This document shows positions 36,731 to 47,983 of a stretch of 64,000 bases of DNA, piece after piece. Source of the stretch: Heteronotia binoei (taxonomy: Eukaryota). The stretch is from contig NC_083233.1 in assembly GCF_032191835.1 (NCBI RefSeq), positions 48,918,001 to 48,982,000 on the forward strand. The letters are read 5' to 3'. The notes below the pieces were generated by a model. The model saw only the letters and a program-made list of their open reading frames with translations, was not told where the DNA came from and did not search any database. Made by a program: the position numbers and the translations under genes. The stretch's first letter is position 1, and every line of letters starts with the position of its first letter.

Positions 36731-37631
36731 GCTCCACCTATGACTGATACTTGCCATAGCACTGGCTTGGACTTGGTGGCCATAAAGGGGAAATTACTGC
36801 GATTTACTCAAATTCCACCACCCTTTCCAGATTTTTTGCCAGACAATTTTGACTTCAGATTTTTTGCCAGACAATTTTGACTTCAGATGTATGGCATACA
36901 GGACAAAATAAAGTTCCTATTGGCTGTGATCACACACACTAAATAATGCACTTTCAATCCACTTTCAATGCACTTTCCAACTGGGTTATTTATTGTGTGT
37001 GACAGCAACCACTGGTTGCCATAAGTGTCTTTCTGCCTGAGCTATGGAAGCTGCTCTTTTATTTGGTATTGACAACTGCAAGATACTTAATCTTCAGAGA
37101 GTTCAACATTCATGTCAAGAATGCCTTATTTTGTGTGACTTGGGAGTTCAAGGTTGCCATGGCAACTGTGAAGATGTCCCCAAATATTTTCAGTCCAGCA
37201 TAAAGTTTATTTGGTTTTCCATGCTGTGCAAATAAATGACGATTTGGGAGGAACAGAGATTTCAACAACATCTTTGTCACAGACAGGCCATTTACCTGGT
37301 GAGCTTTAGACTCACAGGAGCACAGCCAACACAATCTAGTGCACTTTTTTGAACCTGCTGTATAGGGATGACAGCAAAGCTCTGTTGCTTGGCCCATACC
37401 ATTGCAGCTACACAAAGCCTCCTGGTTCTGGAAAGTGTGTGTGTGGGGGGGGGTCTTCTTCACTTTACCCTTCCCCCACAAGAAAAATTCAGAATCCTCA
37501 GAAGCATGCTGTAACTTGCCTGCAAGTAATATTGCTCATAATATTGAAGCAGGCACTCAACCAGTAGAGCACTTCTTAAGAAACCCTATCTAGACCCTAA
37601 CAAATTTAATGACAAATCAGCTGGTCACTAG

Positions 37632-37842
37632 CAGTGTTCCCTCTAAGCTGTGGAGTCTTGTGAGTAAAAATTCTACTTTGTGAGCTACTGGAATAAAGTT
37701 GTGAGATACTGGCAATAAAATTGTGAGCTACTGCATAAATTTGCTCTGGGGTCATTTTTCCTGAGCTAAGACAAAAATGTGTGAGCTGGAGGCTAAAAAA
37801 CTGTGAGCTAGCTCACACTAACTCAGCTAAGAGGGAACACTG
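37632..37842 (+). mobile_element. Intact hAT MITE (TIR CAGTGTTCCCTCT)
   Basis: TIRs at both ends; perfect 8-bp TSD GTCACTAG at 37624-37631 and 37843-37850. Confidence 0.93.
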
Positions 37843-37993
37843 GTCACTAGTATCCTTCCCCCCCCTTTTTTTTTTTGCTGAACTGGACATTTGCTGTATA
37901 CCTCTTAAGTCCCATTGGATGAAAATTATTTAGTACCATTGAAGTTTGACTAGCTACTAACCTGCTTTTCTGACTGAAATAACCTCATTTGAC

Positions 37994-38205
37994 CATGTTC
38001 CCTCTAAGCTGCAGAGTCTTATGAGCAAAAAATCTACTTTGTGATCTACTGGTATTAAAGTTGTGAACTACTGGCATTAAAGTTGTAAGCTACTGCATAA
38101 ATTGTGCTCTGAGGTCATTCTTCCTGAGCTAAGAAAAAAATGTGTGAGCTGGAGACTAAAAATCTTTGAGCTAGCTCACGCTAATTCAACTTAGAGGGAA
38201 CACTG
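37994..38205 (+). mobile_element. Second copy of the same hAT MITE
   Basis: Same interior and TIRs; different TSD, CATTTGAC / AATGTGAC (6/8). Confidence 0.88.
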
Positions 38206-38214
38206 AATGTGACC

Positions 38215-38680
38215 CTGTTGGTTCTCCTGGATCACTCAGACAGTTTTAATGCCATCAGGCAAGGTATCCTCCTGGAAAGGCTTTCTGGGATAGGAATGCC
38301 ACACCCTGATTGTTGAGATTCAACCTGATGTCAGTTCCAAAGGTGGCCCCTGAGTGGCTTCTGCTCAGCTCAGGAGTTTACAGCTGCTACAAAAAACCAC
38401 TGCCTTCCCACATGTTGTTTAATATCTACATGAAACCTTTGGGTGAGATCATATGAAGGTGTGGAGTGAGTTGTCATTATTATCAAGGTGACATTAAACT
38501 TTACTTTTACTTTCCATCAAATTCAGGTGAGGCTGTGACAACCAGAACAGGCAACTCTATGGAAGTCTCAATGGAGTCTTGATGGAAGGATACTGAATTG
38601 AGGCTAAATCCAGAGAAGGCCGAAGTCTGTTGATGACTGAGCTGACCAAGCTCTTAATGTGTATGCACAAATGTATACAC
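38215..38680 (+). mobile_element. Old L2 RT remnant
   Basis: CTGTTGGTTCTCCTGGAT and CATGTTGTTTAATATCTACATGAAACCTTTGGGTGAGATCAT resemble the L2 RT at 3180-3480. Confidence 0.65.
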
Positions 38681-39839
38681 CCTATAGGATCATGTAAACA
38701 ATAGCTGGTTCATCATTTGTGGCCTTTCTAGAAGAACATAAGCTGGCCACAGTCTGTGTTCATATCTAATGTCATAAAGTAGACAGTGTTGACCCAGTTC
38801 TGTAGCCCTATTCAGCCCACAAAACTCAATGGACAATTTGGGCCCTCCACTGTTTCTCAGCAAACTAAACTTCAAGGCCAATTGTTTAGAGGATTAGATG
38901 AGGGGAGGCATTCCTATCTATGAGCTCATTGGAAGAAGAGCAGAATAATAATGTGATAGATAAAGTTATATTGCTATAATGTTCTCTAGGTTAAGCAAGC
39001 TGCCTATCAAGACGGTTATTGCGGCTATCAATTTGTTTCTGAACACAATTCGAAGTGTGAGGACTTGTCTTGGAAGCTTTTGGGCTGTCTGGACCAGATA
39101 ACTGAAGAACCCTTATAAACCTGCCCATTTGGATCCCACCTTCCAATAGCCAAGGGACAATGCTCCAGTTCCAACAAGCAAAGAGGAGCGGCATTAAGAA
39201 TATGGCGAGGATGGTATAATAACAGTATGGTGTAGTTTCTAATCCATGTCCCAAAGGGGCTTTAACGTTAAAGAAATGAAAATAGCAAATGCCCCTTTCC
39301 CCCAAACATCTCAGTCCAAATGTTCTTCCTCTTGGACAGCAAAATTTGTCACCCCTTCACTTCCTCCATTTGCAGGCTGTGCAGGCCTGTTGCTTCCCTC
39401 CGTTTGTTTCTCATTTGGGACAAGAGTCTTAGAATAACAAATCCTGCAGAGGCCTGTGAAGCTGTCAGCCTTCATCCACAAAGAGTACACAGAGACTAGC
39501 AGTTTGGAGAATCATTCCCATTGCAACAAGCCCCCTCTGCCAGACCCCGTCTCTGCCAGCTCAGCAGGCCTCTGCTCTGACTGGCACAATGCTGCCAGAG
39601 TAGCTAAGAGGTCTGCCTAGAAGTGGCATCCTTGGCCCTCTAGAAACCGTTGCCCTCAGTCATCAGGTGAAAAGAAACCAGTTATTCTTTGTCAATGGAG
39701 ATGGAGCAGTACTCTGTACAGGGTTAGAGGAACTCAGTTAATACTTTTTTGAAAGAGGTGCTGAGACCTACAACATCCCTTCCGTACCATTTGGCCGAAA
39801 AGGACCATCTCCTGTTTCCATACAACATGGCTTTCTGGA

Positions 39840-40070
39840 GGAACAAAAAAGAAAAAAGATTTTTTAGATAATGTACAATTAAATTGTGGGATCCACTGCC
39901 AGTGGGTGTAGTGATGGCCACTAGCACAAATGACCTTAAAAGGAGAGTAAACAGATCCATGGAGGACAGATCTGCCAATGGCTACTAGCCACAATGGTGA
40001 CTAAAGGGAATTTTTACACAGTAAACCTCTGGATACCAGTGTGAGGAGGGAAAAGCCTTGGCCTGATTGC
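39840..40070 (+). mobile_element. CR1 3' fragment
   Basis: GTGATGGCCACTAGC...ATGGAGGACAGATC...AAACCTCTGGATACCAG matches 25650-25950. Confidence 0.65.
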
Positions 40071-41881
40071 CTACCACCTCATTGAGGGCTGGTGGACAGG
40101 AAAATACCTTAAAAAGCTGAAGCATGACATCAGCACAACATCACTTTGATCAAATACCTGGAAATGATGTCATGTCAACAATGTGATGCCAGGATTATGC
40201 TCTAGGATTCAGAACCAGAGTGTAGTCAGAACCCTTGAGCGTTGCATCAATGCCATATCAGTGACATAACATCACTTCCAAGAGATTGCTGGAAACTGCA
40301 TTCTGCCAATTGCGCAATGTCATTCCCTCCCTCATCCCCCACCACCTCTTATGCACTGGCTGCTAGCTCTACTTTATGCACTGTTTGTTGGTCCTCCAGG
40401 GAAATTGTCTGGCCGTATTATTCAAAATGCAGCACTTGATGGACCACCAGCAAGGTATTTGTCATATTCCCTCTGCAGTAAGTTCAGACATCCTGGGTAG
40501 GTCTTGAACAATCCTGCATTTTGGTCTGCATGCATGGTGCGGCAAGGCCACAGAATGATGGCAAGTGGGACTGATTGTGTCAAGGTTTATTTTTATTTAA
40601 TTAATTAATATCTTGCCTTTCACCCAGTGGTAATCCAACACACTTTATAGCATTCTCCTCTCCTACATTTTGTACTTAATCTTGTAAAACAGGATAAACT
40701 GAGTGTGTGTGACTAGCCCAAGGTCATCCAGGAAGCTTCCATAGCAGACTGGGGATTTGAACCTGGGCCTCCCACATCCTAGTCCAACACTCTAACTACT
40801 ACACTGCTGTAGAGATGCTCCTACTGGCCCATTGGCCTTGTGCAGCTATTGGTACTCTCCCATCTTGTGCCAGTATCATATGGAATACGAGTTGATTTCA
40901 ATTTTGATTTCCCCCTCACACACATACACACACAAATGGTTGAGCTGAGCCTGCCCTTTTTCCAGATGGCACCTTGACCAGCATATTCTGCTTTTTTGTA
41001 ATGTCACTGAGCCAACTAGCATCTGCACAGCTCTGGCTTGTAGCAAAATATCAGGGGGAAAACTCACAACGTCAGAAAAAGGCCTCTATACCATGGTGCC
41101 TTCCCCAATCTAGTTTCTGCTTGAGACTTTTAAATGCTTCAGAATTCTGGTACGGAAATCCAAGGGCCATCTAGTCCAGTGTCTTAATAACAACAGGATT
41201 CCCTGGAAGCAGATTTTGCATGGCAGCATTCTCAAGAAATACATAAAATCACTTTTAGAATGTTCCATGGTTGCATAATGGCTTCCCTCAAATCCACAAT
41301 GAAATGTTAATGTGCTGTGGTCTTAAAAATAGCAGCCCATAACCATTTACAGGTGCAAGACCAGCCTAATGTTCATTTTTTAGATCATACCTGCTTACAA
41401 GAAAAGGAAATATATTCCACTGCCCATTTAACGTTAATAACCTCATTTCTAGGGACCATTGTTGAAATAAGAAATGGTGACTCAGAGACTGTCTCGCCCA
41501 TATTCTTGGGTCTGTGCTTGATGTTTCATTGGAAACAAACAAAAAAGCCTTTCCTTAGCACTGCTTGTGTCAGGTTTACTTGCTTCCCTGAGTCCTTCTG
41601 GCATTCCAAGCTGTTAGAGCCCTGTGGCCCACTTAGTTCATCCATGCAGTGGCCAACTCAGGAAGGCCAGCAACGGGGCATGATATTTGCTCATCTCCCC
41701 TGAATATGATCCATTGTGTTCCCTTGGCAAAATCTGGATGCCAAAGTTAACCTAGACCTCCGGCTGATAACCAGCCAGCCTGCTCAGCTGTTTCTTCCCA
41801 ATACTCAGAGGTATACTGTCTTTAATTATACGTTCCATTTATGTATCAAGTGGCAAGAACTTATATGAATTTGTCATATAG

Positions 41882-42025
41882 CAGGGCTATTTTATAGGAA
41901 ACGCCCAGCAGGAACTCATTTGCATATTAGGCCACTCCCCCTGACATCATTGTTTCACACAGGGCTTTCAGAAAAGCCCAGCAGGAACTCATTTGCATAT
42001 CAGGTCACACCCCTTGATGCCAAAT
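41882..42025 (+). mobile_element. Two partial tandem units of the octamer-bearing hAT MITE family (CAGGGCT TIR)
   Basis: GCCCAGCAGGAACTCATTTGCATAT occurs twice; same family as 55899-56015. Confidence 0.7.
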
Positions 42026-42171
42026 CCTACATATACAAATATGACCAGGTTGGAATAATGATTGAGCAAAGGCAAATTAACACAGTGCAATATGTACACT
42101 TAACGTCCTTAGACAAATTCACACCCTTTCTTCAATGCCCCCCCACATACTCCATTGGCTAAGTGATAGAT

Positions 42172-42397
42172 GGGGTTGCCAACATTTAGGTTGTGGGTTG
42201 TTTCCAGTTTGCAACCTTTAGGTCAAGCCTGATGATCTCCCAGAATTACAACTCATCTCCAGAGATCAGTTCCCCTGGAGAAAACAACTGCTTTGGAAGG
42301 TGGACTGCATGGCATTATAGCCCATTGAGGTCCCTCCTCTGTCCAAACCCTGCCATCCCCAAGCTCCACCCCAAACCTCTAGGATTTGGCAACCCTA
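42172..42397 (+). mobile_element. TAGGGTTGCCA-family MITE
   Basis: GGGGTTGCCAAC ... TTTGGCAACCCTA with the family interior. Confidence 0.7.
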
Positions 42398-43544
42398 GAT
42401 AGCTATGCACTGCTTCCCTGCTTCCAGCTTCTAGCATTGCTGTCAAAGACCTGTCCTACATGGGATCAGGGGTTGTTTGTTCCCCAAAGGGAAGTGAAAT
42501 GAAACCAGTGGATCCAGATGTTCTGCAGAAGAAAACCCCAGCCATTGCTAGGGCTGAACCTGACCTCAGTCTTGCTCTGGTCCTTTCACAACCAGCTCCC
42601 CCTCTTCCAAGTCCTGACCAGCACCCACTCTTCACATCTTCATCTTGCTTCTCCAGCCAGCCTGGCTGACTTCACTGCTGCTAAGAATTGCTTAAAGTGT
42701 GTGTGTGGGGGGGGAGCATGGCACCATAGCTCCTCAATCTTTTATAGCCCTTAAAGAGTTTAATTCAGATCTGGAATAAGCCTCTAACTCAAGTGAAGAT
42801 TTGTAGATGGATTTTGCAAAGCTGCAGCCAACAATCAGAATGGCCTTATCCCTCAGGCCCTAACCCTTTCTTTGCTCCAGGCGGGCACCCTCTCCCACCC
42901 ATGGCTGGCCGACTCCCGTCCAATGCTCAGCTCATCCAGGAGCCACAACTCTCAGACTCCCACTGTAAGTATTTTCCAAGGTATCACGTGTTTCTCCCAG
43001 TTCCTTATTTGCCTCCTTAAACCTCCCTTCCCCCTTCCCCCTTTCCCCTTGTTCCTCAGTCCACTGCTTTGCATTGATCTGTCCCAAATGCCAGGGAAGA
43101 ACATTACAAGCAGCATCTGATGTTCCCTTTACCTTTTCTTGGCTGCACTTTTAAAGCTTTCTAAGTTGCTCGTGGACAGTTTTATCAGAGTCTTTAGAAG
43201 ACACTCCATAAATAGCTCTCCCCCCTCCTCCTACTCAGCTTCTGGGCCTCCATCTGGCATTTATGGGAACATGTTGGTGCCAAAAGAAAAATGGGGCCAG
43301 TCATTGCCTGGAACTGGAAATGAGAGGAAAACAGTGCTGCATAGTGCTTTCTGCTGGTGGGTTCTTTCAGAATGTTGAGAGAGAGAAAATGGATTCCCTG
43401 TTACATTTGAGCCAGAGAAGAGAGAAAGGCCTACATTAGGAAAGTTTATGACAAACTGGAGGGGAGGCACTATCTTATACCACTAACTTTTGTTAAGTAG
43501 CAATGGGATGATCATCTGGCCACTGGATGGAAACGCTGCTGAGC

Positions 43545-44280
43545 TAGGATTGCTAATCTCTAGGTAAGGCCTGGAGTTGATCTCCTCAAATCACAACATC
43601 TCCAGACCTAGGGTTGCCAATCCCCAGGTGGGGGCGGGGGATCCCCCAGTTTGGAGGCCCTTCCCCCGTTTCAGCGTTGTCAGAAAGCAGGGGGAGGGGA
43701 GGGAAATGTCTGCTGGGAACTCTGTTATTCCCTATAGAGATTTATTCCCATAGAAAATCATGGAGAATTGATCCACGGGTATCTGGGGCTCTGGGGGGGC
43801 TGTTTTTGGGGGGTAGAGGCACCAAATTTTCAGTATAGCATCTAGTGCCTCTCCCCAAAATACCCCCCAAGTTTCAAAAAGATTGGACCAGGGGGTCCAA
43901 TTCTATGAGCCCCAAAAGAAGGTGCTCTTATCCTTCATTATTTCCTATGGAAGGAAGGAATTGAAAAGGTAGCCAGAACTCCCTTTGGAGTTCAATTATG
44001 CTTGCCACAGCCTTGATCTTGGCTCCACCCCTAATGTCTCCTGGCTCCACCCCCAAAGTCTCCTGGCTCCACTCCCAAAGTCCCCAGATATTTCTTGAAT
44101 TGGACTTGGCAACCCTATCCAGACCACAGAGGTCAATTCCTGTGGAGAGACTGGCTGTTTTCTAGGGTGGACTCTGTGGTATTCTGTCTGGCTAAGCTCC
44201 CACCCATCCCCAAGTCCGGTCCTTTCCAGACTTTACCCTCAGACCTCCAGTAATTTCCCAATACAGAGTTGGCAATATTT
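43545..44280 (+). mobile_element. Old TAGGGTTGCCA-family MITE split by a younger element
   Basis: Degenerate TIR TAGGATTGCTAA at 43545; the interior resumes after 44125 and ends TTGGCAATAT. Confidence 0.7.
43609..44117 (+). mobile_element. Young 509-bp non-autonomous hAT element
   Basis: Perfect 12-bp TIRs TAGGGTTGCCAA / TTGGCAACCCTA; perfect 8-bp TSD TCCAGACC (43601-43608, 44118-44125). Confidence 0.95.
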
Positions 44281-44372
44281 CTGGAGCCATACAGCAAGAC
44301 TCTTCAAAATTGTCTGGGAGAGCAAGGAAATCAGGTTGAAAAGCCTCTTACATTCATCTGGATGGTGCCTTT

Positions 44373-44589
44373 TAGGCTTGCCAGCCCCTAGGTGGGGCCT
44401 GGAGATCTCCCACTTTTACACCTGATCTCCAGCTGGCAAGAAATCAGATCCCCTAGATAAATGGCTGCTTTAAGGGGGACTCTATGGCATTGTACCATGC
44501 TGAGGCCCCTCCCCTCCCCAAACCCCACCTTCTCCCAGCTCCACCCCCAAAGTCTCCAAGTATTTTCCAACACAGATCTGGCAACCCCA
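44373..44589 (+). mobile_element. TAGGGTTGCCA-family MITE
   Basis: TAGGCTTGCCAG ... CTGGCAACCCC with the family interior. Confidence 0.8.
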
Positions 44590-44859
44590 TAGAGCTTCTG
44601 CAGTTAGATGTCTGTTGGAATACAAGTTATTTACATTCCAGCCATTATAGAGTTAACTGTTTGTTTACCTGAAAGAGGAAATGATGTATTGTAACCTACA
44701 CCCAATTGTGAACTGAGTCTTCTAAGCCTGGGAAAACATGTAAACATAGCATTGGTTAGAAAGGACATTAGGTGTAAAAAAAACTTTGCTCTTGTATGCA
44801 AGCTGAATAGCCTGTCTTCCTGTTTCCACATGTTTTTTGGGAAGAAGAAGCTAGACAAA

Positions 44860-44916
44860 GGGTTATAAATACCGTAGCCATGTAGAGATCAGACATAGTT
44901 AAACTAGCTGGTAAGC
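44860..44916 (+). promoter_or_regulatory. Candidate CLDN2 upstream promoter and short non-coding exon
   Basis: TATAAATA 44864-44871 and donor CTG|GTAAGC at 44911; FOXA-like TGTTTAC near 44662. Mammalian CLDN2 has a non-coding first exon, but this assignment is inference. Confidence 0.25.
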
Positions 44917-45145
44917 CAAGTTTTATTTCTTTTTTATCCCAAGTACCCTATCCTGATGTTTTCTAGTAAGCTTTATTTCTTTTGATAAGCTTAAACCTCA
45001 TCTCCAATTATTGCCACTCCACACCTCTGAATTTTCAGGTATCTCCAACAATGTCTCTAACACCAGCCTACAATAGAAGTTGTTGGGATAGGCCACATTT
45101 GTCATTTGTGAGGCTGAGGCCTATTTTTCTCAGAAACCCAGGGAG

Positions 45146-45280
45146 TAGGGTTACCAATCCCCAGCTGGAGGCAGGGAATCCCTTGGTTTGGAGGCCTTTC
45201 CCCCGCTTCAGGGTTATCAGAAAGCAGGGTGGGTGGGGAATATCTTCTGGGTCTCCCAGATCCAAGTCCAAGTTGAAACC
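45146..45280 (+). mobile_element. Internally deleted derivative of the 509-bp hAT element
   Basis: The first ~100 nt match 43609-43710, then jump to terminal-like sequence. Confidence 0.65.
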
Positions 45281-46639
45281 AAGAGACAGAGTTCATTTTT
45301 ACAAGGCAGGGGGAAGCATATAAGGGAGCAATCTGAAGCAGGTCTACTCAGAAAACTGCTCAGGTCCTTTAATGGGACTTGCTCCCAGGAAAGTGTTCTT
45401 ACGATTTCACTGCAAATTGGTTCTTCATTGCCACAGGTGCCAGTTTGAGCAGCTTTCATTTATTTATTCAGAATATCTCTATATTCGTCCTCTCTCTGTA
45501 TTTATACTCAAGACAGTTTACAACTAAATGAATACAATTCATATAGAACAAGTTGGAACTCATAAATTACAATTAAATTAACTAAATGTCAACCAGCTGA
45601 ATAAAGTTAACTATATTTCAACCAGCATTTAAAACAGCAAAGGCGCAAATCAAATGACAACACAGCTACAAACCGTGAGTGAAACAGCAGATAATCAAAA
45701 TCCCAGATCTGCCAGAGAAAACAATCACACTGGGAAAACCTATTAGTTAATTAAAATTCTAACTAAAAAATATCTTGGCCTGGCACGAGAAAGTAGCCAG
45801 GCTCTGTGCCAGACATAAAAGGGAAAGAAGAATATTCTAGAAGGGGGGCAGGTAGCCTTGGACAGCTGAAAAAGACCTGTTTCTCATGGCCATACACCAT
45901 GCTTCTGAAGGTAGTGGACAGCTTAGATCAAAGCCTGTGAGGGAAGATCCTAGTGATTCTGTAGTTCTGGCCAAAAGTCCAGGATGGGGCAATAGAATCA
46001 TTGCCACTGCCAACGCCGCCACCACCACCAGCCTGTCCCCTAGGGTCATGCAAGGAGTGGCTGTTGCCCCATGCAAAGTGAACGAGAGCTGCTGCTGCCA
46101 CCAGGAATCAGCTACCCAAACACCAGCTGCCAGATAAAATCAGAGCATCCATCTGTAGAACCAGGTCCAACAGCACCCCAAAGAGTAAGCCTGCATTTTC
46201 AGGAGCAGTACAACCCTGCCTTGTGTGGGCTGTAACCAATTCCTCAATCAACACCAACCAGTCATCTGAATTAAACTGAAGTTAACTGGCCTTTTATCCA
46301 TTGCAGGCTTACTATAGCAATCACTTGTAGACTAGGGCAAGAAAGGTGGGTAAAATCCAGCCAGGAGAAACCAAGTCCTTTGTAGACTGGAGTCCTTGAG
46401 AAGGGTAATGCTGCAGCCTGCCTCAATCATGCACATTTTTTTTTGCCCAAATCTCAGACCTTAAGAGGCAGGTTGGAAGAACTAGAGAAAATGAGGAAGA
46501 GGCCAGCTCCTTCTGAAGTGTTAAGATTAGTTACCTCCCACTCACTCAGTCAGTGAGGATCCTGGCCTCAGAAAGTAGCTAATGCTTGGCATTGCCAGGC
46601 TGACCCAAAACAGCTTTTGGGGATCAATATTTGCTATCT

Positions 46640-46761
46640 AGCCCTGTGGCACAGAGTGGTAAAGCTGCAGTACTGCAGTCCTAAGCTCTGCTCACGACCT
46701 GAGTTCAATCACCCCAGAGTTGAAAATGACTGGTGCTTGCACTGGGGACTAACTTTACCTT
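46640..46761 (+). mobile_element. Internally deleted Sauria-type SINE
   Basis: Head and (ACCTTT)n tail match 59318-59594; flanked by the 12-bp TSD TATTTGCTATCT (46628-46639, 46762-46773). Confidence 0.85.
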
Positions 46762-47983
46762 TATTTGCTATCTCCAAGACAATTTATATGTTTGGCACTT
46801 GGGTTTTTTGGGCCATGTGTGACACAGAGTATTGGACTGTATGGGCCATGTTATGTTCCTATGTTCCTATGGTGTTAAAAACAGTAGTGTGTATCCAGTG
46901 ATCCACTTCCACAAACATTAAGACAATTACATCAGTGGCACTTCCATTCTTAATTTGTGGTACTCTATTGCACAAGAAAACTCTCATTGGATCTAATGAC
47001 CTATTTCCACTCATGCAAGGCATGATGCTCACAAGAGAACATTAGTCGAAATGTATGTTTGTGCAGCGATATCAATTTATAATTGAATAATGCAGTTAAT
47101 GCATTTTCAAGGTGGGGCATATAAAGTGCTCACAAGTGTGCAAGAATTGTGCCATATATAGCACTACCACTTGTGAAATGACCCATGTGTTAATGGAGAT
47201 GTTAAGATGAATTCTGCTGATGTTTCATTGGCTACACAACAGCACACTTGTCTCAGTGTGTCATGCAAAGGTAATACTATGTGGAGTCAGAGCATGAAAG
47301 CTAGTATTCTGCTGGCCAAAGATGATCTGGCATTGGGTGCACTTGAAAGTAATATTCAAAGACTCAATAAGTGCAGCTCAGTAGTTTGATTCTTCTCCTG
47401 CACTGGAAAGAAAGGACCAGGAAAAACAAAGCCAATGTTAATGGCTGGTTTACATCCAACAAGAGCTTCCCCTCCCAGCTGCTGTCAAAGGGCTAAGAAC
47501 AGATGAGGAAAGTGGATAGCCTTGGGTGTCATCCCGTGTTCCCTTCCCTTGCTCACACCTTGCTTCCTCTGTATCACTTATGATTAAAAGACAAGCAGAA
47601 GATTGCCATTCCTTTGCTCCTTTTATTATTATGTGGGTTTTCTGACTTTTTGAAATGTAATTTCTACAGATAACAAGGGATGAAAGGGCGTTCTGCGTTC
47701 TTCTGAAGTCACTGGTCAATCATTAATCCATTGTGGCTTTTCCCCCTATCACCCGGATAACCTCTTCTCCCCCTCACTCCCACCCACACTAAGACCAGCG
47801 TAGAAGGACCCAGAATCCAGGACAGGGATGGACAGGAGCAGATAGAAAGAAGAGTCTGTCTGCACCCCAGGATCACTCATCACGAGATGGGAAACTAGAT
47901 GAGTAGAGAGATGAGCAGGAAGGAAAAAACTGGAAACCGTTGATGAGAGACTGGAAGCCAAAAGAGAACGAGAAAGAGTGAAA

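Noticed and set aside
36828-36888. CRISPR-like repeat lengths (28 bp here, 36 bp at 54494)
   Set aside because: Two adjacent units, no spacers, no cas genes, vertebrate context.
47978-47983. MK extension of CLDN2 in the ORF track
   Set aside because: Begins at GTG; ATG 47984 gives the 230-aa length expected for claudin-2.
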